Shown here one piece after another: positions 51,625 through 64,000 of a stretch of DNA of 64,000 bases; positions within the stretch are counted from its first letter, which is position 1, and each line of letters opens with the position of its first letter. The position numbers and the translations under genes were made by a program. Source of the stretch: Octopus bimaculoides (taxonomy: Eukaryota); contig NC_068990.1 in NCBI RefSeq assembly GCF_001194135.2, positions 3,294,096 through 3,358,095 of the forward strand. Reading direction: 5' to 3'. The notes beneath the pieces are model-generated. The model saw nothing but the letters and a program-made list of their open reading frames with translations. It was not told the origin of the DNA and did not search any database.

Positions 51625-52036
51625 CATACTTGTTTCAGTCATTATACTGCGGACATGTTGGGACAATAAATTGACTGCTTTGGGCAAATAAATTGACCAC
51701 AGTACATTTTTAAGCCTGGTACTTGTCGCATCTCTTTTCTCTAAGCACACAAACTAACACCGGTTGTGTGGACAAGCATCTACAAAACAGACATCATGGA
51801 TATGTACATATCTATCTCTTTGTCTAACTATATATATTTAATGTATGTAATACATGTAAGCATGTATGTATATGAACGGCTTCTCAGAGTTTCCATCTAC
51901 TAAGTCCACTGACATGGTTTTGGTCTGGTCGGGTTCGACTAAAGTGGAAGGCACTTGCCCGTAGAACCACGCAGTGGGACTGAGCCCACACCCACGCCTT
52001 TGAGAAGGAAACTTCTCCTCACAAAGCCACGTCGGC
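51625..52036 (-). mobile_element. SINE family B, full length, diverged
   Basis: Tail CTTGTTTCAGTCATTATACTGCGG at 51629, head remnant GCACTTGCCC...CCACGCAGTGGGACTGAGCCC...AAGCCAC at 51950-52030, TA-rich spacer between. Confidence 0.8.
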
Positions 52037-54577
52037 ACTCTGTTTGTGTGTGTGCGTATGTGTGTGTTTGCTTATGAATGTGTTTTTGTGACTTCGTGTA
52101 TGCCTTTCCATTTTTGAAGTAAAACGAAAATTTTACAATGGGTTAATTAATAATATTGATTAATAATTTAAATAAGACAGTGACTTGCTTAGCTGCTAGA
52201 GCCTTGCATGAGATACTCTACTTCATTTATTGAGGCTATTTCCAGTGTTTTCAAACCCCACCAAAAAAGAGATATGAGCTCGAGTAAGAGATTGTTGATA
52301 ATATTAGTCCGCCGTACGAGATGTCTTATGTTATCGGTTCCTAGCTGGATATGTTCTCACTATAAGATGTTTAATAAAAAAGGAATCTGAAACCCATGAA
52401 ATGGCAGCTGTAATGTTACCCCTGAACCGTTAAATAGCTGCAGGAAAAAATCAACAAAAACAAACACATGACAGAATCGACGGTAAGCTTTGGTGGGGCT
52501 GGCTTTAGAAGTTACTGCGGGGCGCAGGCGTGAATAAAATGTGGATTACTTTAAAAAATAATTATGAGTGTACCTGCGCAAGATATGGAACAAATATTGC
52601 CCGCGTCCAGGAGCTGAGAAAGCGATATTTGTGGGAGAAATAGAACGATGGAAGCTTTATGATAGATTATATTTGGAAGTAACCTTACACAAATTATTCG
52701 ATTAGCCTTTTCTGGTTGAGATATAACAGGCATGTATGTATGTGATGCATCGAGGCATAATATCGTAGATTTTCCGTTACTTAATTTCGTGTACAAACTT
52801 ATGCTGAATATGCGTCCAGATAGATTTACATTCAATATTTTCTTAATATTCTAACATGAAATTTAAATGATTCGGCCTTTTGTTTTGTTTGGTCGGTGTC
52901 TTTTTTTTTTTTTTTACATGTGTAATAATTCATGGATTTTATTGCCTGGAATACGAAGCACTCCGATGCGAATGATGGGTCCATGTGACAGAAGAGAATT
53001 TGATAAGATAAATAATTAACCTACTGCCTCCAAAGGCCAACATCTTAGCATTTATCCATTCACTAGAACTATACATCAATAAGTATTCCATGTTCCAACA
53101 TTCTCTTGAAAGCAATTCGATTTTATAACTGGTTTCAGCGTTACTTTAACAAACCTTACTATAAAAATGTCGATCCTGGAAAATTAAATGATTTCTCACG
53201 AAGGTAAATGCTACTTTAAATCACATTTGCTTCATCGAACTATGTATGTATATATATTGCTTAAATTCTACTTAAATAAACATTGAAATCGTAAGTAAGC
53301 ACCTCCTGAATTTTCAACCTGCTTAATGTAGCTGTTTTCGATATTGACATTATATTGGCAGAAATTTTATTCAAGCAATGGTAAACTATGTTGATTTTAG
53401 GTATTTACTATTTTTAACTTCTTATGCAGAGGATTTTTCGATATCTGCAAACGCAGCAGAACGTGTAATTTTGAAGAACGAGCTAAGGTATCTTTATATA
53501 CATATTTATATATTTCATTAATGCGTTGCGTAAACAAGCAGGTATGGCGAAAATCGAACACCAAAATCACAGAAATTCGTAGAAAATTAAAACAGAAATA
53601 AAATTAGAACGGAAATAAAGAAAGGAAAAAAGACTCGAATATACGGGAAAGAGTTAACAAATTTATAAATAATATGAAGTTCAAATGTGATATACATCTT
53701 TCAAAGAGTCTATCATAAAAATACAGAAATGAATCTTATGATAAATTTATGTGATCTGACTTCAACTTACAAACTATATGAATTTAGCAGAAATACGTGC
53801 ATGTGCACTGGCTTGTTTGCGTGTTCAATCACTACTATTATAGCCACGCAAATACAAAATATATGCTCTTATAATTAATTCGCTTGTTTCAATGCACTTT
53901 ATTTGTTTCAATGCACTTCATTTGTTTCTAGCGTATCAAACAGTTATCCAAATAATCATAAACATAATGATTACATCTTTTGTACATACACTAATTATGA
54001 TTGTGTTAAAATAGTTGATTCTAGCCGAAGTTAGAATAGGCACATATGCGAGATGTTAGTCGGTTACCTTGACTTCAATATGTAACTGCTACTGTCTTCA
54101 GTTGTGGTAATGCTGGGTGTTGTTGTGCAGAGCGTTTCAATATAGTGGTTATCTGCTACTATAGTAGAAGCGGTGGCGGTTACGGTATTATTAATGGCGG
54201 TGCTGTGGCTGCCAACAGTGATATGTGGTAGGTTCTTGCTGTTGTTGCTGTTTTGTTCCTTGTGTGACTTGTTATTGCTGCCGTTATTATTGTTTTCGGG
54301 ATTCACAATGGGATTTATGTGAAGAAGCTGTTGAAGATTTTATTTATAGTCCGTATTCCGACAGCTATTTATACTCATCATTTGCGACATCGTGTCTGTT
54401 TTCATTTTAAACAATCTTTAAATCAACAGAAATATAAAGAAAAACATTTCCGCCCCACTGCAAATACATCTCGCCAGTCTCTTGTGGTACCGATCAATTT
54501 AACACCAGAACAGAAGATTGATTTTAAGGGGCCTGATAAAAAAAAAAAAGACAACACAAAAATAACATAAACAATTA

Positions 54578-54752
54578 TCCTTTATACTAAAAGCACGAGG
54601 GCTGAAATTTTGTGGGAGGGGATTATCGATTATATCGACCACAGTGTTTCACAGGTATTTAATTTATCGATCCCGAAAGGATGAAGCCGACCTCGGTGGA
54701 ATTTGAACTCAGAACGTGCAAAAACAGAAGAAAAGCCGCTCGCCCGGCCAGC
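54578..54752 (-). mobile_element. SINE family A
   Basis: TTATCGATCCCGAAAGGATGAAGCCGACCTCGGTGGAATTTGAACTCAGAACG. Confidence 0.85.
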
Positions 54753-54781
54753 TTTCCGTCTTATAGATAGATAATAATAAC

Positions 54782-54975
54782 AACCGTTTCTAACTTAGAC
54801 TCTATGCCAGGAATTTTGAGGATAAGTGTTAACATTACTATCGATCTCAGTACTTCAACCGGTTCGATATTCATCGACTCCAGAGAAATTGAAACTAATG
54901 CTGATGTCAGTCGTATTTGGGCACATGGTGTAAAATGACGTGAACGCATCAGTCGCATTTCTTTCGACACTCTAA
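54782..54975 (-). mobile_element. Old SINE family A-like copy
   Basis: CGATCTCAGTACTTCAACCGG...TTCATCGACTCCAGAG, preceded by ATAATAATAA; collinear but highly diverged. Confidence 0.5.
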
Positions 54976-55924
54976 TGATCTACCTATCAGATGTTAGGGG
55001 AAACATAAAATTGTTTGAAACTTGACAGTAGATAAGTGTTACTTATACTTTTATGCAAATATTATGAACAGCAACATTGTTCGTGTTATACAAACACCAG
55101 TAAATACTATCAGGTATTTTGTAATTTCATCTATTCTCCTGTTACGAGTATAATAATAATGAAGTTTTACATGAATATTTATATGAAACGGGCAAAAGAA
55201 TATCTAAACGGGTGCAGCCAAAGCAAATTACTCGATACACGTACAAATCTTCAATGTCGAACCAGCACTGACATTGGATTTGCGATAGAATTTTTTTGAT
55301 CTTATTGTTGATTTATCTAATAAGCTAGGTATGAAATCTCCGATTATACATCAAGATAATTACGTGATACGTGTGTCTCCTCAATCGTACTCATTTTCTC
55401 TATCGCTTTATCTCTCTTCTCTTCTCCCTTTCTCTCAGTGTTTCTCCTCCACTATATGTCTCTCAAAATGTTGATGCTATGCTGATTGATGCAAACTCTT
55501 ATTTTATAGCAACGTTCCCTCTCTATAACCTCTCCCTTTCACTCACATTCTCCGTTCCCGCTCTTTAACATATTTATGTGCCTGTATGTATGTATGTGCC
55601 CATGTATGTATGTGTGCTGTTATGCACGAATATGTTATGTTTGTATGTATGTTTTACGTATGTATATACGCATATTTGTTTGTATGCGCGGCTGTGTATA
55701 CATTTGTTAGTTGTATTAGACACGGTAATTGTGTTTTAGAGTTTGTACCTTATCTTGACCGCATACCAATTAGAAATCGATAACACTCGAGGAAAAAGGT
55801 GTTATAATCTTAGTGTCAGTGCATATGTTACAAAACGGAAAACCGATTTTTTACATGAATCAAAGAATCTGGTGCCTCCATCATTTGAATTTCAATGTAG
55901 TTGAATCAACGTTATGAACGCGTT

Positions 55925-56330
55925 GAAGGCAATGGATTGACAGAAATCGTTAGAGGGTCGTACAAATATTTCCGTGTAGTATTCAGTAACTGACCTTTAA
56001 ATGCTGATTTTAAAAATCTCACCGAGGTCAGCTTTTCCTTTTATCCTCCTGAAATCAATAAAATAACCATACGACTAAATTTCGACGATCGATTTAACCT
56101 CCTATACGCCATCATTTCTATCTTTCAGGAATTGTTCCAATGTTAGATTAGTAAACAGTGCTATGAGTGAGGGGATTAGCAGAAGCAGTACAGTGGCGGT
56201 CAATATTCCTTACGTTAATTTGTTGTGTGCCTGCACACTCTAATTACAAATCGTACCACGATTCATTTTCCCTTTCATCCGTCGGGTATCGAGAAAAGAA
56301 ATACGAGTAGGATATTGTAGTCCATCTGCT
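55925..56330 (+). mobile_element. Two adjacent old SINE family A-like copies
   Basis: GACAGAAATCGTTAG...ACCGAGGTCAGCTTTTCCTTTTATCC and TTAGCAGAAGC...TTTTCCCTTTCATCCGTCGGGTATCGA. Confidence 0.5.
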
Positions 56331-56399
56331 TGGCTATAACTATTCGCAAATTGAAGGTGCAGTGCTTATGTAAATAATAAGCCACTTTTATGACTTCTA

Positions 56400-56630
56400 C
56401 AAGGAAGCACAGCCTAGCAGTTGGGTGTTCCAATCACGATCGTCAGATCCTTGTTTCAGTTCCTGGACTGATTGGTGCGTTGTGTTCTTGAGCAAAACAC
56501 TTCCTCAGACTTTGAAGTGTGATCACTTCTACACCTTATGTGTGGTACGCTGTGCATTTCTTCAGGCAACATCAATTTGTTGGAGGGAGTAAGCTAATGT
56601 ATAGCAAACACATTTAATCCTTATAATTAA
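56400..56630 (+). mobile_element. tRNA-headed SINE related to family D with a different body
   Basis: GGGTGTTCCAATCACGATCGTCAG...GTGCGTTGTGTTCTTGAGCAAAACACTT shares the family D head; the downstream body differs. Confidence 0.6.
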
Positions 56631-57274
56631 ATTATATGTCCACTGTCTTTTCGGAGTACCAGAAACTACCATCATTATGAGTGCCCATGCGATATTGATT
56701 TTAACACAAAATTTGGATATTTGGTTTTACACACTCTATATTCACTGTCACAACGTTTCTAAATTCCAGTGAGACATTGCATTGGTAGCTTAAAACTCTT
56801 AAACATTGCAAGTGTCGACTATGCCGACGTATTAGTATTACGACTAGGATGGCAGTTTATTCTGTTGAATATGTTACTCCTGGCGTTTGGGATCACATTA
56901 TGCTATAAATGATATCTCATGTACTATTAAATATATAAGGTTTGGTATCTTTTATATTATATCCTTTGTGAAAGTATTTATTTGTATGAGTTATGTTAGT
57001 GTAATTAATCCTCAAAATTCACTCCAGTTGTTGGGAAATTATTTAATAACAAGTGTCTTTATGTAGTATTAATATCAAAGGAGCTATACCCAAGTGTGTT
57101 CGCTCTTCTTCGGTCCATAAGTGTTCTCCGACTTTCTAATATTTCTGAAAGTGTTGTTCTGGAACAAGTTTCATACTGTTAAATATTTCGTTCGTCTTAA
57201 ATTTCGTACAATAGTAACGATATTAAAAACCCGTTCACATGTAAAACTAAAACAAAAGAAAGCAATGTAGGATA

Positions 57275-57496
57275 AAACTTCGTCCCGGGGCATAAAGACT
57301 CATAAAGCCGGCTTCCAAGTATCTATGGTAGAATGTATGTCCTACCCCTTGGACAGGATGGCAGCTGAGCGGTCTGGAGCAACGTGGTATGAAGTGCTTT
57401 GGTCAAGCACACAACACCTTGCCCAGTCTAGGAGTCGAAATGACAATCATACAATCATGGGTCTAACACTATTACCACTATGCCATACGCCTCTAC
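57275..57496 (-). mobile_element. SINE family D
   Basis: The reverse complement GAGGCGTATGGCATAGTGGTAATAGTGTTAGACCCATGATTGTATGATTG...GTTGTGTGCTTGACCAAAGCACTTCATACCACGTTGCTCCAG. Confidence 0.8.
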
Positions 57497-58399
57497 GATC
57501 ACGAGTCGTCACAGGAAAATGTATGCTAGTTTCAGTAGAATTGCATTTCTCGGAGTGTTATACTACTATCGTCCCACCTTTGCTTAAGAGTGGATAAGTA
57601 AACACGTTAGTTACATTCTAGCTGTAAACACTCTGCTTTGGTATAATTATGTGGGATTATAAGATTTCCTTCTGTTAAGATACTACGGTCGGATTTTAAG
57701 GAGATTTGTGTCATTTCTCGCAGATCAGAACACCAATTAAAGAATAGTTATACAATTTCAGACAACTCATATCAGTTCATTTTATATCTCATATTAGTTC
57801 ATTTTAGTCATTTTTTTTTTATCACTATCTCTACATTTAAGAAAAACATTTTTTGCTAAAATTCATGTTGGGGTAAGTCTTCTTTTATTTTATTATTTTT
57901 TTGGGTAAATATGCAATAAATTAGTGGTTAAATTTTTTTGTATACTGAAAATGTTTCAAAATTGTGATATTTAGCGAATTTTTTTTTTCAGTTAAATCAT
58001 GTACATTTTTCGTTTTAATATTCTCTTCTCAAAAATCAGTTTACCAAATTACATTTTCTGACAGATTTTACTTATTTTGTAAGAGATTCAAGACATGATT
58101 ACTTACGAAACCGTTGTCTAATATACATATTTTTTTAAAGCAAATATAAGATGATGCTAATCTCTTTAAAACACTATTAATTTTGCACATGTGCAGTGTA
58201 TTTAGAATTTCGAGCTAAATCTATTCGTATTGATCAGTGGTAGTGTGCACAGCTGGACTATGTGTTGCTCGGACTAATTTAGATCAAACTACCTCATAAG
58301 CTGGGTTATATGCGATGTGTGTGATGCATTTGTGTGTGTGTGTGTCTGTGTCTGTGTGGTGCGTTTTTGTGTGTGTGCGTGCTCTCAGAAATAGGTTTC

Positions 58400-58850
58400 A
58401 AAGAAATGAGAAGTATAACCGGTTCCGTTAGTGAGAGTGAAAGGATAGCGTATTGTTTCCCCGTCGTGTTGGTTCTGGGAGAAGAGGCAATACGTTTTGC
58501 ATTTGTAGGCCTTATTGGTCTGACTCATGTTATTAGTGTTCTAGAATCATAATAAGCCAACACTTGGGAGAAAGTTATGAGTAGGACGGAAGTTCCAGAT
58601 ATGCGAATTTCTGGACAGGGCGGACCGTGCATAGTGATTAGTGCGGAAGATCCAGGAGACTGGATACATCAGTGGTAATTGTACGACACTGAGATGGTAT
58701 TCTGCATGGTGGCGGCATACGCACACACTGCTCTAAAGTGCAAAGAATATTATAGGTGAGATAAAAGGCAGAAAGATGAAACAACACGCTTGAAACTGGG
58801 GGCGTGGAACGAATCTGTGACTGCACTTACGCCAAACAGTCAGATGCTGT
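58400..58850 (-). mobile_element. Possible decayed LINE RT C-terminal fragment
   Basis: GC-elevated island; minus-strand VRPVQKFAYLE resembles the VxxFxYLG thumb motif. No other motif recovered. Confidence 0.3.
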
Positions 58851-58989
58851 TACAGGAAAATTGAAAGACAAATGCAATATTGGAGGAATGAAGGAAGAAA
58901 GGTAAAGTTTGAAAGGAGAAAAAAGATTATCATTTTTGATACTTATTTTACGGAGTGACTAGGTTTTCTGGCTAATAAGATATATTAAT

Positions 58990-59172
58990 ATTGGTTTCAA
59001 ATTTTGGCAAAAGGCCAGCAATTTCGGTTGAGTAGCAAGTCGATTACACGACCCCTAAAGAATTAAATGCAAAGTACACCTCGGCGGGATTTGAACTTAG
59101 AACATAAAGACGGACGAAATGCCGCTAAGCATTTTGCCCAGCGAGCTAACGATTCTGCCATATCACCGCTTT
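58990..59172 (-). mobile_element. SINE family A with deletion between its two GGGGTCG repeats
   Basis: GGTTTCAAATTTTGGCAAAAGGCCAGC...CGATTACACGACCCC joined directly to TAAAG...CCTCGGCGGGATTTGAACTTAG...GATTCTGCCA. Confidence 0.88.
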
Positions 59173-61828
59173 ATCCGCTGATTTATTTCCGACACAGAAA
59201 TTCAAATTAAGTTATTTGCTCAACAAATGCAAGTAAAATATAGGCTTTATTTCCTCTTTAATATTGGTAACACATTAAAGAAACTTTACAAGATTATTTG
59301 AAGAATGAAAAACAAATCATGTTGGTTGCTGGCAAGTAGGTGTGGTGACACGTAATTCTAGTTTGGCATATTTCTTTTATATAATCCTTAACAATGCAAA
59401 GACTTGCAGGTTTGTAAATATAAAGAAAAAATATATATATTCCAAAACGAAGCTACTTCACCATTCGGTTCAGAAGAACCTTTGTTAGTGTTATCTTCCT
59501 TTAAATTCTTTTGATCACAATCATATATACACACCAGCCTAGCTTTAATCTAACGGCGTAAAATTAGAAAAATACTGATAAAGCACGTTTTGATGAAAAC
59601 GATTTTGTCTTAGATATATATTTGTTACAACTGATGTTTAGCCTGCTGCTCGCTCTGTACATGGGTTGCAGCGAAACAAAACAACTACCTGCTCAACATA
59701 TATAAAAATAAAAACCCTATCATTTGTTAAGTTACACATCCTATGACGTTTATCTTAGTTTCTTCCTCTTTTTTCGTCAAAGGAAAACAGTCACGAAATC
59801 TCGTTTCCTTCTATTCTTAAGCATATGAAACCTAAAGTCGATAGCAGGAAAGACTCTATAAAATGCAACTTTGACGTTTGTGATATGTTAAACCATCGTA
59901 TAGCTGATGCTAAAAGAAATGAAAACGGTCGGATAAAAATTTAGTAATCGATGTGTGAAAGAGTTTCGTATATTTAGCTTCCTTGTAAATCCCCTATAAT
60001 TTACGATGTTCTCTACGTTAGCAGAAAGAACGAAAATAAATTACCTTCAATAAATATTAGAAGCGAGTTCACGTGTTTGTTCCTTTACCCTACGATGCTC
60101 GCCAATTATGTGTGAAAGCTATTATTACCAACATTTTCACATCAGTGAGTTCCGTGTCTAAAGATTTGCCTGTATCCATAGCAATCATCAACGTGTGTTC
60201 ATGTTCTTCTGTTTCTTTCTTTTGATTTAGGTTTTGTCGTGGCAAAAATTAAAATATATAACCTCTTCTAGAATATGAAGAAGGCACTGCGAGTGAGAAG
60301 CATGAACCTGATATAAAATATCTTAAAAATGACCAAGAGAATATAATTTGTCTTAATTACTATTGGATTCTTGTCCTTGAACAAAGGCGGAAGAGGATGA
60401 AGGATTTATTTGTATGGCCGGTGGATACAGGAATACAAACTCATGGCAACCAAATTATTCCATATTCATCGAATTTTTCTTTCAGCTTTATTGCTTCCGA
60501 TAGAGCATTTTTTTGGTATTCTGGTCTTGACCTCATTAAATATCTTATGTACAAGATGATACGTGACAAATATTGTGTAACTTTAAAATGTATAGTTGTA
60601 CCATAGCACGTATGGAAAGAACATTACATGAATGAATATGCATCATTTATATAAATTTTCCAACTGAATGTTTTTATTCGTTACATATTGTATATATGTT
60701 CACTGTCAGTTTTCTTGCATTATGAGAGTGATAAAATAAAGAAACTTTAAAGGACACTCTCTCTTAGATAGAAAACAGTACTGGAACAAGTGAATTTTTA
60801 TGACCACACACATTCGTGTGAATAGTATAAGAATAAATCGATTAAATTTTCTTTTGTCTCATTATTCTGACGTACAACACTAATATTTAGATATTGTTTA
60901 TCTCCAGACTGGTGTTGCTCGTAGATTCCGAGGATGAAAAGTATTTAATTTATAAACAGACAGACATGATGTAGATATACAGTATCTAGGACTACACAAT
61001 CCAGTGGTTCATTCCTCTATGAGGGAGATTTCTCTGTTGTTTCTAAAATATAGATTGACCACGGAAAGGCCTACTCTTTGGTTCAAATTTCGCTACATCT
61101 CAATTCTACGCAAACAGTTTTTCGTTCCAGCCGGGAGTTAGTACCGTTTCATAAGTAGTATCTTGCTAAAGTCGACGCAATGATGCCGGTAACTTCCCAA
61201 TACTCAGGTTTAAAGTTTGCTTTATTTGCACGGTCCTATATACAAATGACTTCTTCATTCAAAACTTTTGGTCGACTAAATTATTTTGAATGAAATTTTG
61301 ATCGCGGGAAAGCAACTAAAAGACGCGGCGGTGTGATGATTTTCGGTTCGTGAGCAAGAGACTTAATTTGTTACCCATTTAATATGAGCATATAAAATCT
61401 GGGTGCCTTATGCAGCGTCTATTCTGTCGCATTTCAGCCAGAACATTTGTTTTAGATAGCCTCGTTTCCTCCTTTTGTCCAGAATATCCCAACGAAAATC
61501 ATTGCAACGTTCTTAGTTACCAAAAGAACATATGCAGAGCAGTCGTTTCTTGCGTAGACATAAACATTGTTGTCTATTGCTCTGGTTTCTTTTGATACTT
61601 TACTTATCTAAGCATTCTGTGAGAGCAAGTATAATCGAAGACTAAATGGATCCGGAATTATTATTATTTCACTAATGCATAAGAAAGAAGGAAAAATACT
61701 ACCTATATTTAATGAAGGGTTGTCGATACACGAGAGTAAATACTGTTATGTATTTACTACAACTCTGCTCTTTTACTTCTGCCAACTTGCTGAACTTGTT
61801 CAATTATATATTAAAGAAATGAACACTC

Positions 61829-61874
<46 letters not shown>

Positions 61875-62186
61875 GAAAATGAAATACAAACGTTCAGAGA
61901 GGAAGGTAAAATGTTCCAATTCAATTATGTATATAAAAAAAAATTCTGCTACCATGACGTAAAAGCGGAACTAAAATATATAAAAAGAAAGCGAAAAACT
62001 TGTCAGACGCATTACAGTGAAATATAATCTCTTCCATGCATCATTTTTCCTGGCAGCGTTTCTATAAATCATTTCTATTAATTTTAGTAGGATATTTTCT
62101 CTCTGCTCTTATATTCCCACACTTTCCCTTCTCTCTTTCTCTCTTCCCCTCTGTCACTCTTTCCCCGTCTCTCTTTCTCTCCCTGT

Positions 62187-62230
<44 letters not shown>

Positions 62231-62887
62231 TTGTCATTCTCTCACTTTAAACCTATTTTCGGGTTCTCTTTTATTATCTCGTTATGTCATTTTGTTTTTC
62301 TTTTTTCGTTTTCCTCTTCATGGCATATTAGTGTCTACGTTAAAGTAAGTGGACGGATTATTCGTTCTATATACAACCGTTATGGTAACCGATTTTAGTG
62401 TTAATTCAATCTTTATTCCTTCACGAAACTGCATCTTTCACGCGATATCCTATAGCTAAATTACACGTTGGAATGTGATAAGCTTCCCGAATGACCTGCG
62501 TCTGTACATTATTGCATGTAGACTAGCACAAATAGTGCCTTGTAAGCAGAGTAATAATTTAATTGTATGTCCTCATTATATTAAAGCTCTTTTGTTATTT
62601 TTAATATTCTCATTCTTATTATTTTATCTTATGTATTATTTTATTCAAAATTATCATCATATTCATCGCAAATTGTTATGGGAGAGGAAACGTAGAAAAT
62701 TCGGCTGTCTCGTAGAACATAACTTTCTTCTCACTGCGTTCTGATTTCAAACCATACAAGAGTTGATTCTTGCATACATTGCCAATAGTGAAGTAAAGTA
62801 GTTACTAATATTGCTATTCCTCTTGTTATGTCAAAAGTCAACTGAAACAGAGTCTACTCATAAGCAAATCACTTTAAACTCTAACAA

Positions 62888-62895
62888 TCTCTCTC

Positions 62896-62964
<69 letters not shown>

Positions 62965-62990
62965 TTCTCTCTCTCTCTCTCCCTCTTCCT
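62888..62990. repeat. (CT)n microsatellite
   Basis: Direct reading; a second CT-rich tract lies at about 62125-62230. Confidence 0.95.
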
Positions 62991-64000
62991 TATGACTTTT
63001 ATGCATTTTGATGTGTGTCTAGGAATAGGATATCTTATTTAAAAGATGTTATGGTCTTATTTGATGTATATTCGGCTTGCATTTTCTCACGGTTTGGGCT
63101 ACATTGTAACAGACACCTTCGTGTCTGAAGTACTTAATAGTATACAATAGTAGTTGTTTGTCCACCAGCCATCCTTGAGCGAATATACCTTTGAACAAAA
63201 AGCCTCGTAGCCATAACTACCGTTTTCTTTTTTTACGAGTGCAGGGAACTTATAAATACATTTATTCACTATACAATGTTTAAGTGATATTTTGGTTGAC
63301 ATTTGTACCTAGTTGAGCTACCACCTAGAGGCGCCATCGTTGGATAACTGTATTGTAAAGGAATTAGAAGTATTAACAGACACGCTTCTGCACGAAAGTG
63401 CATGGCTATACTTAGTTATGTTCGTTTAAGTTCTGCATTGAAATTTCACCATTGTCTCATTCGTACATAATCCTTGAATGTGACTCGTACTATAGTCCAT
63501 GTAACCGGTTATACAATTTCACAAACAAGTGGCATTTTGCCAATGTTAGAAACCAATATATTATGGTTGATTCAATCAACTATGCGAATTCTTTGGCTAT
63601 CATTTCAATAGAAGAATTCATTATTTCCTTCGAAGATGTTGAAGTTACTGAAACATAATTTTATAAAATAAGTTCAAATACAGAAATGGTCAACTTTATA
63701 TTTTGCCTCTGTAGAGTTCATAAAATAAGTACCCAGTTCAATATTGATGTTGTTTTGATTGATTGTGGCATCCCTGAAGTCTTTTTGGCATTCTACCAAT
63801 GTTAGAAAGACATAATTAATATTAGCGGGACAAGTTTTATACATGCTCCTATTTCTTATTTTGATGCATATATTCATTGAGCTGGATAGCAGTATCTCAT
63901 TATGGTAAAGATTTCATTTATGCGTTTTGACTTTGTTCCGTATTTATATTAGATACAGTATTACACTCAGACTTGTTACATCGAGTTGAAACTTTCCGGT

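Noticed and set aside
52444-52490. Strong + donor ACG/GTAAGC with ATG upstream
   Set aside because: No polypyrimidine acceptor or promoter evidence, and the peptide is too short to assess.
53885-53930. 20-bp tandem repeat TTGTTTCAATGCACTT(T/C)AT as CRISPR-like
   Set aside because: About 2.3 contiguous copies with no spacers, in eukaryotic DNA; a simple slippage duplication.
58090-58125. AGAC-ATGATTA-CTTAC-GAAAC-CG-TT-GTCT as a hammerhead
   Set aside because: Two core mismatches, no stem II and a missing base at the cleavage site; compatible with chance.
63321-63340. CTCF-like motif CCACCTAGAGGCGCC
   Set aside because: Three mismatches in the core consensus in any register; not supportable without ChIP data.

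Overview
Eukaryotic, AT-rich, microsatellite-dense non-coding DNA from a draft assembly with 11 N-gaps, all flanked by dinucleotide arrays. The repeat families resemble those I recall from octopus/cephalopod genomes; the species is inferred, not verified. I can support no host protein-coding gene: the long ORFs in the track are microsatellite or N translations, or decayed transposon frames. The window contains many tRNA-headed SINE copies (my working labels A-D) and decayed autonomous elements: Gypsy gag-protease, a mariner transposase and a mariner MITE, an RTE LINE, several L1/Tx1-like LINE pieces, a ~2 kb R4/Dong-type LINE, a CR1/L2-like 3' end and a Penelope-like element (PLE: RT plus GIY-YIG). 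The most interesting signal is a set of degenerate minimal type-I hammerhead-ribozyme folds. One lies downstream of the PLE (43917-43964) and another sits in the 3' part of a tRNA-headed SINE (19363-19620), suggesting a PLE-linked, ribozyme-bearing non-autonomous system. All of these copies carry core substitutions, so activity is only a hypothesis about family consensus sequences. The second signal is that Tx1-like, Dong-like, CR1-like and SINE-A elements repeatedly sit in or end in (ATT/TAA)n, including a 12-bp TSD around a Tx1-like insertion.
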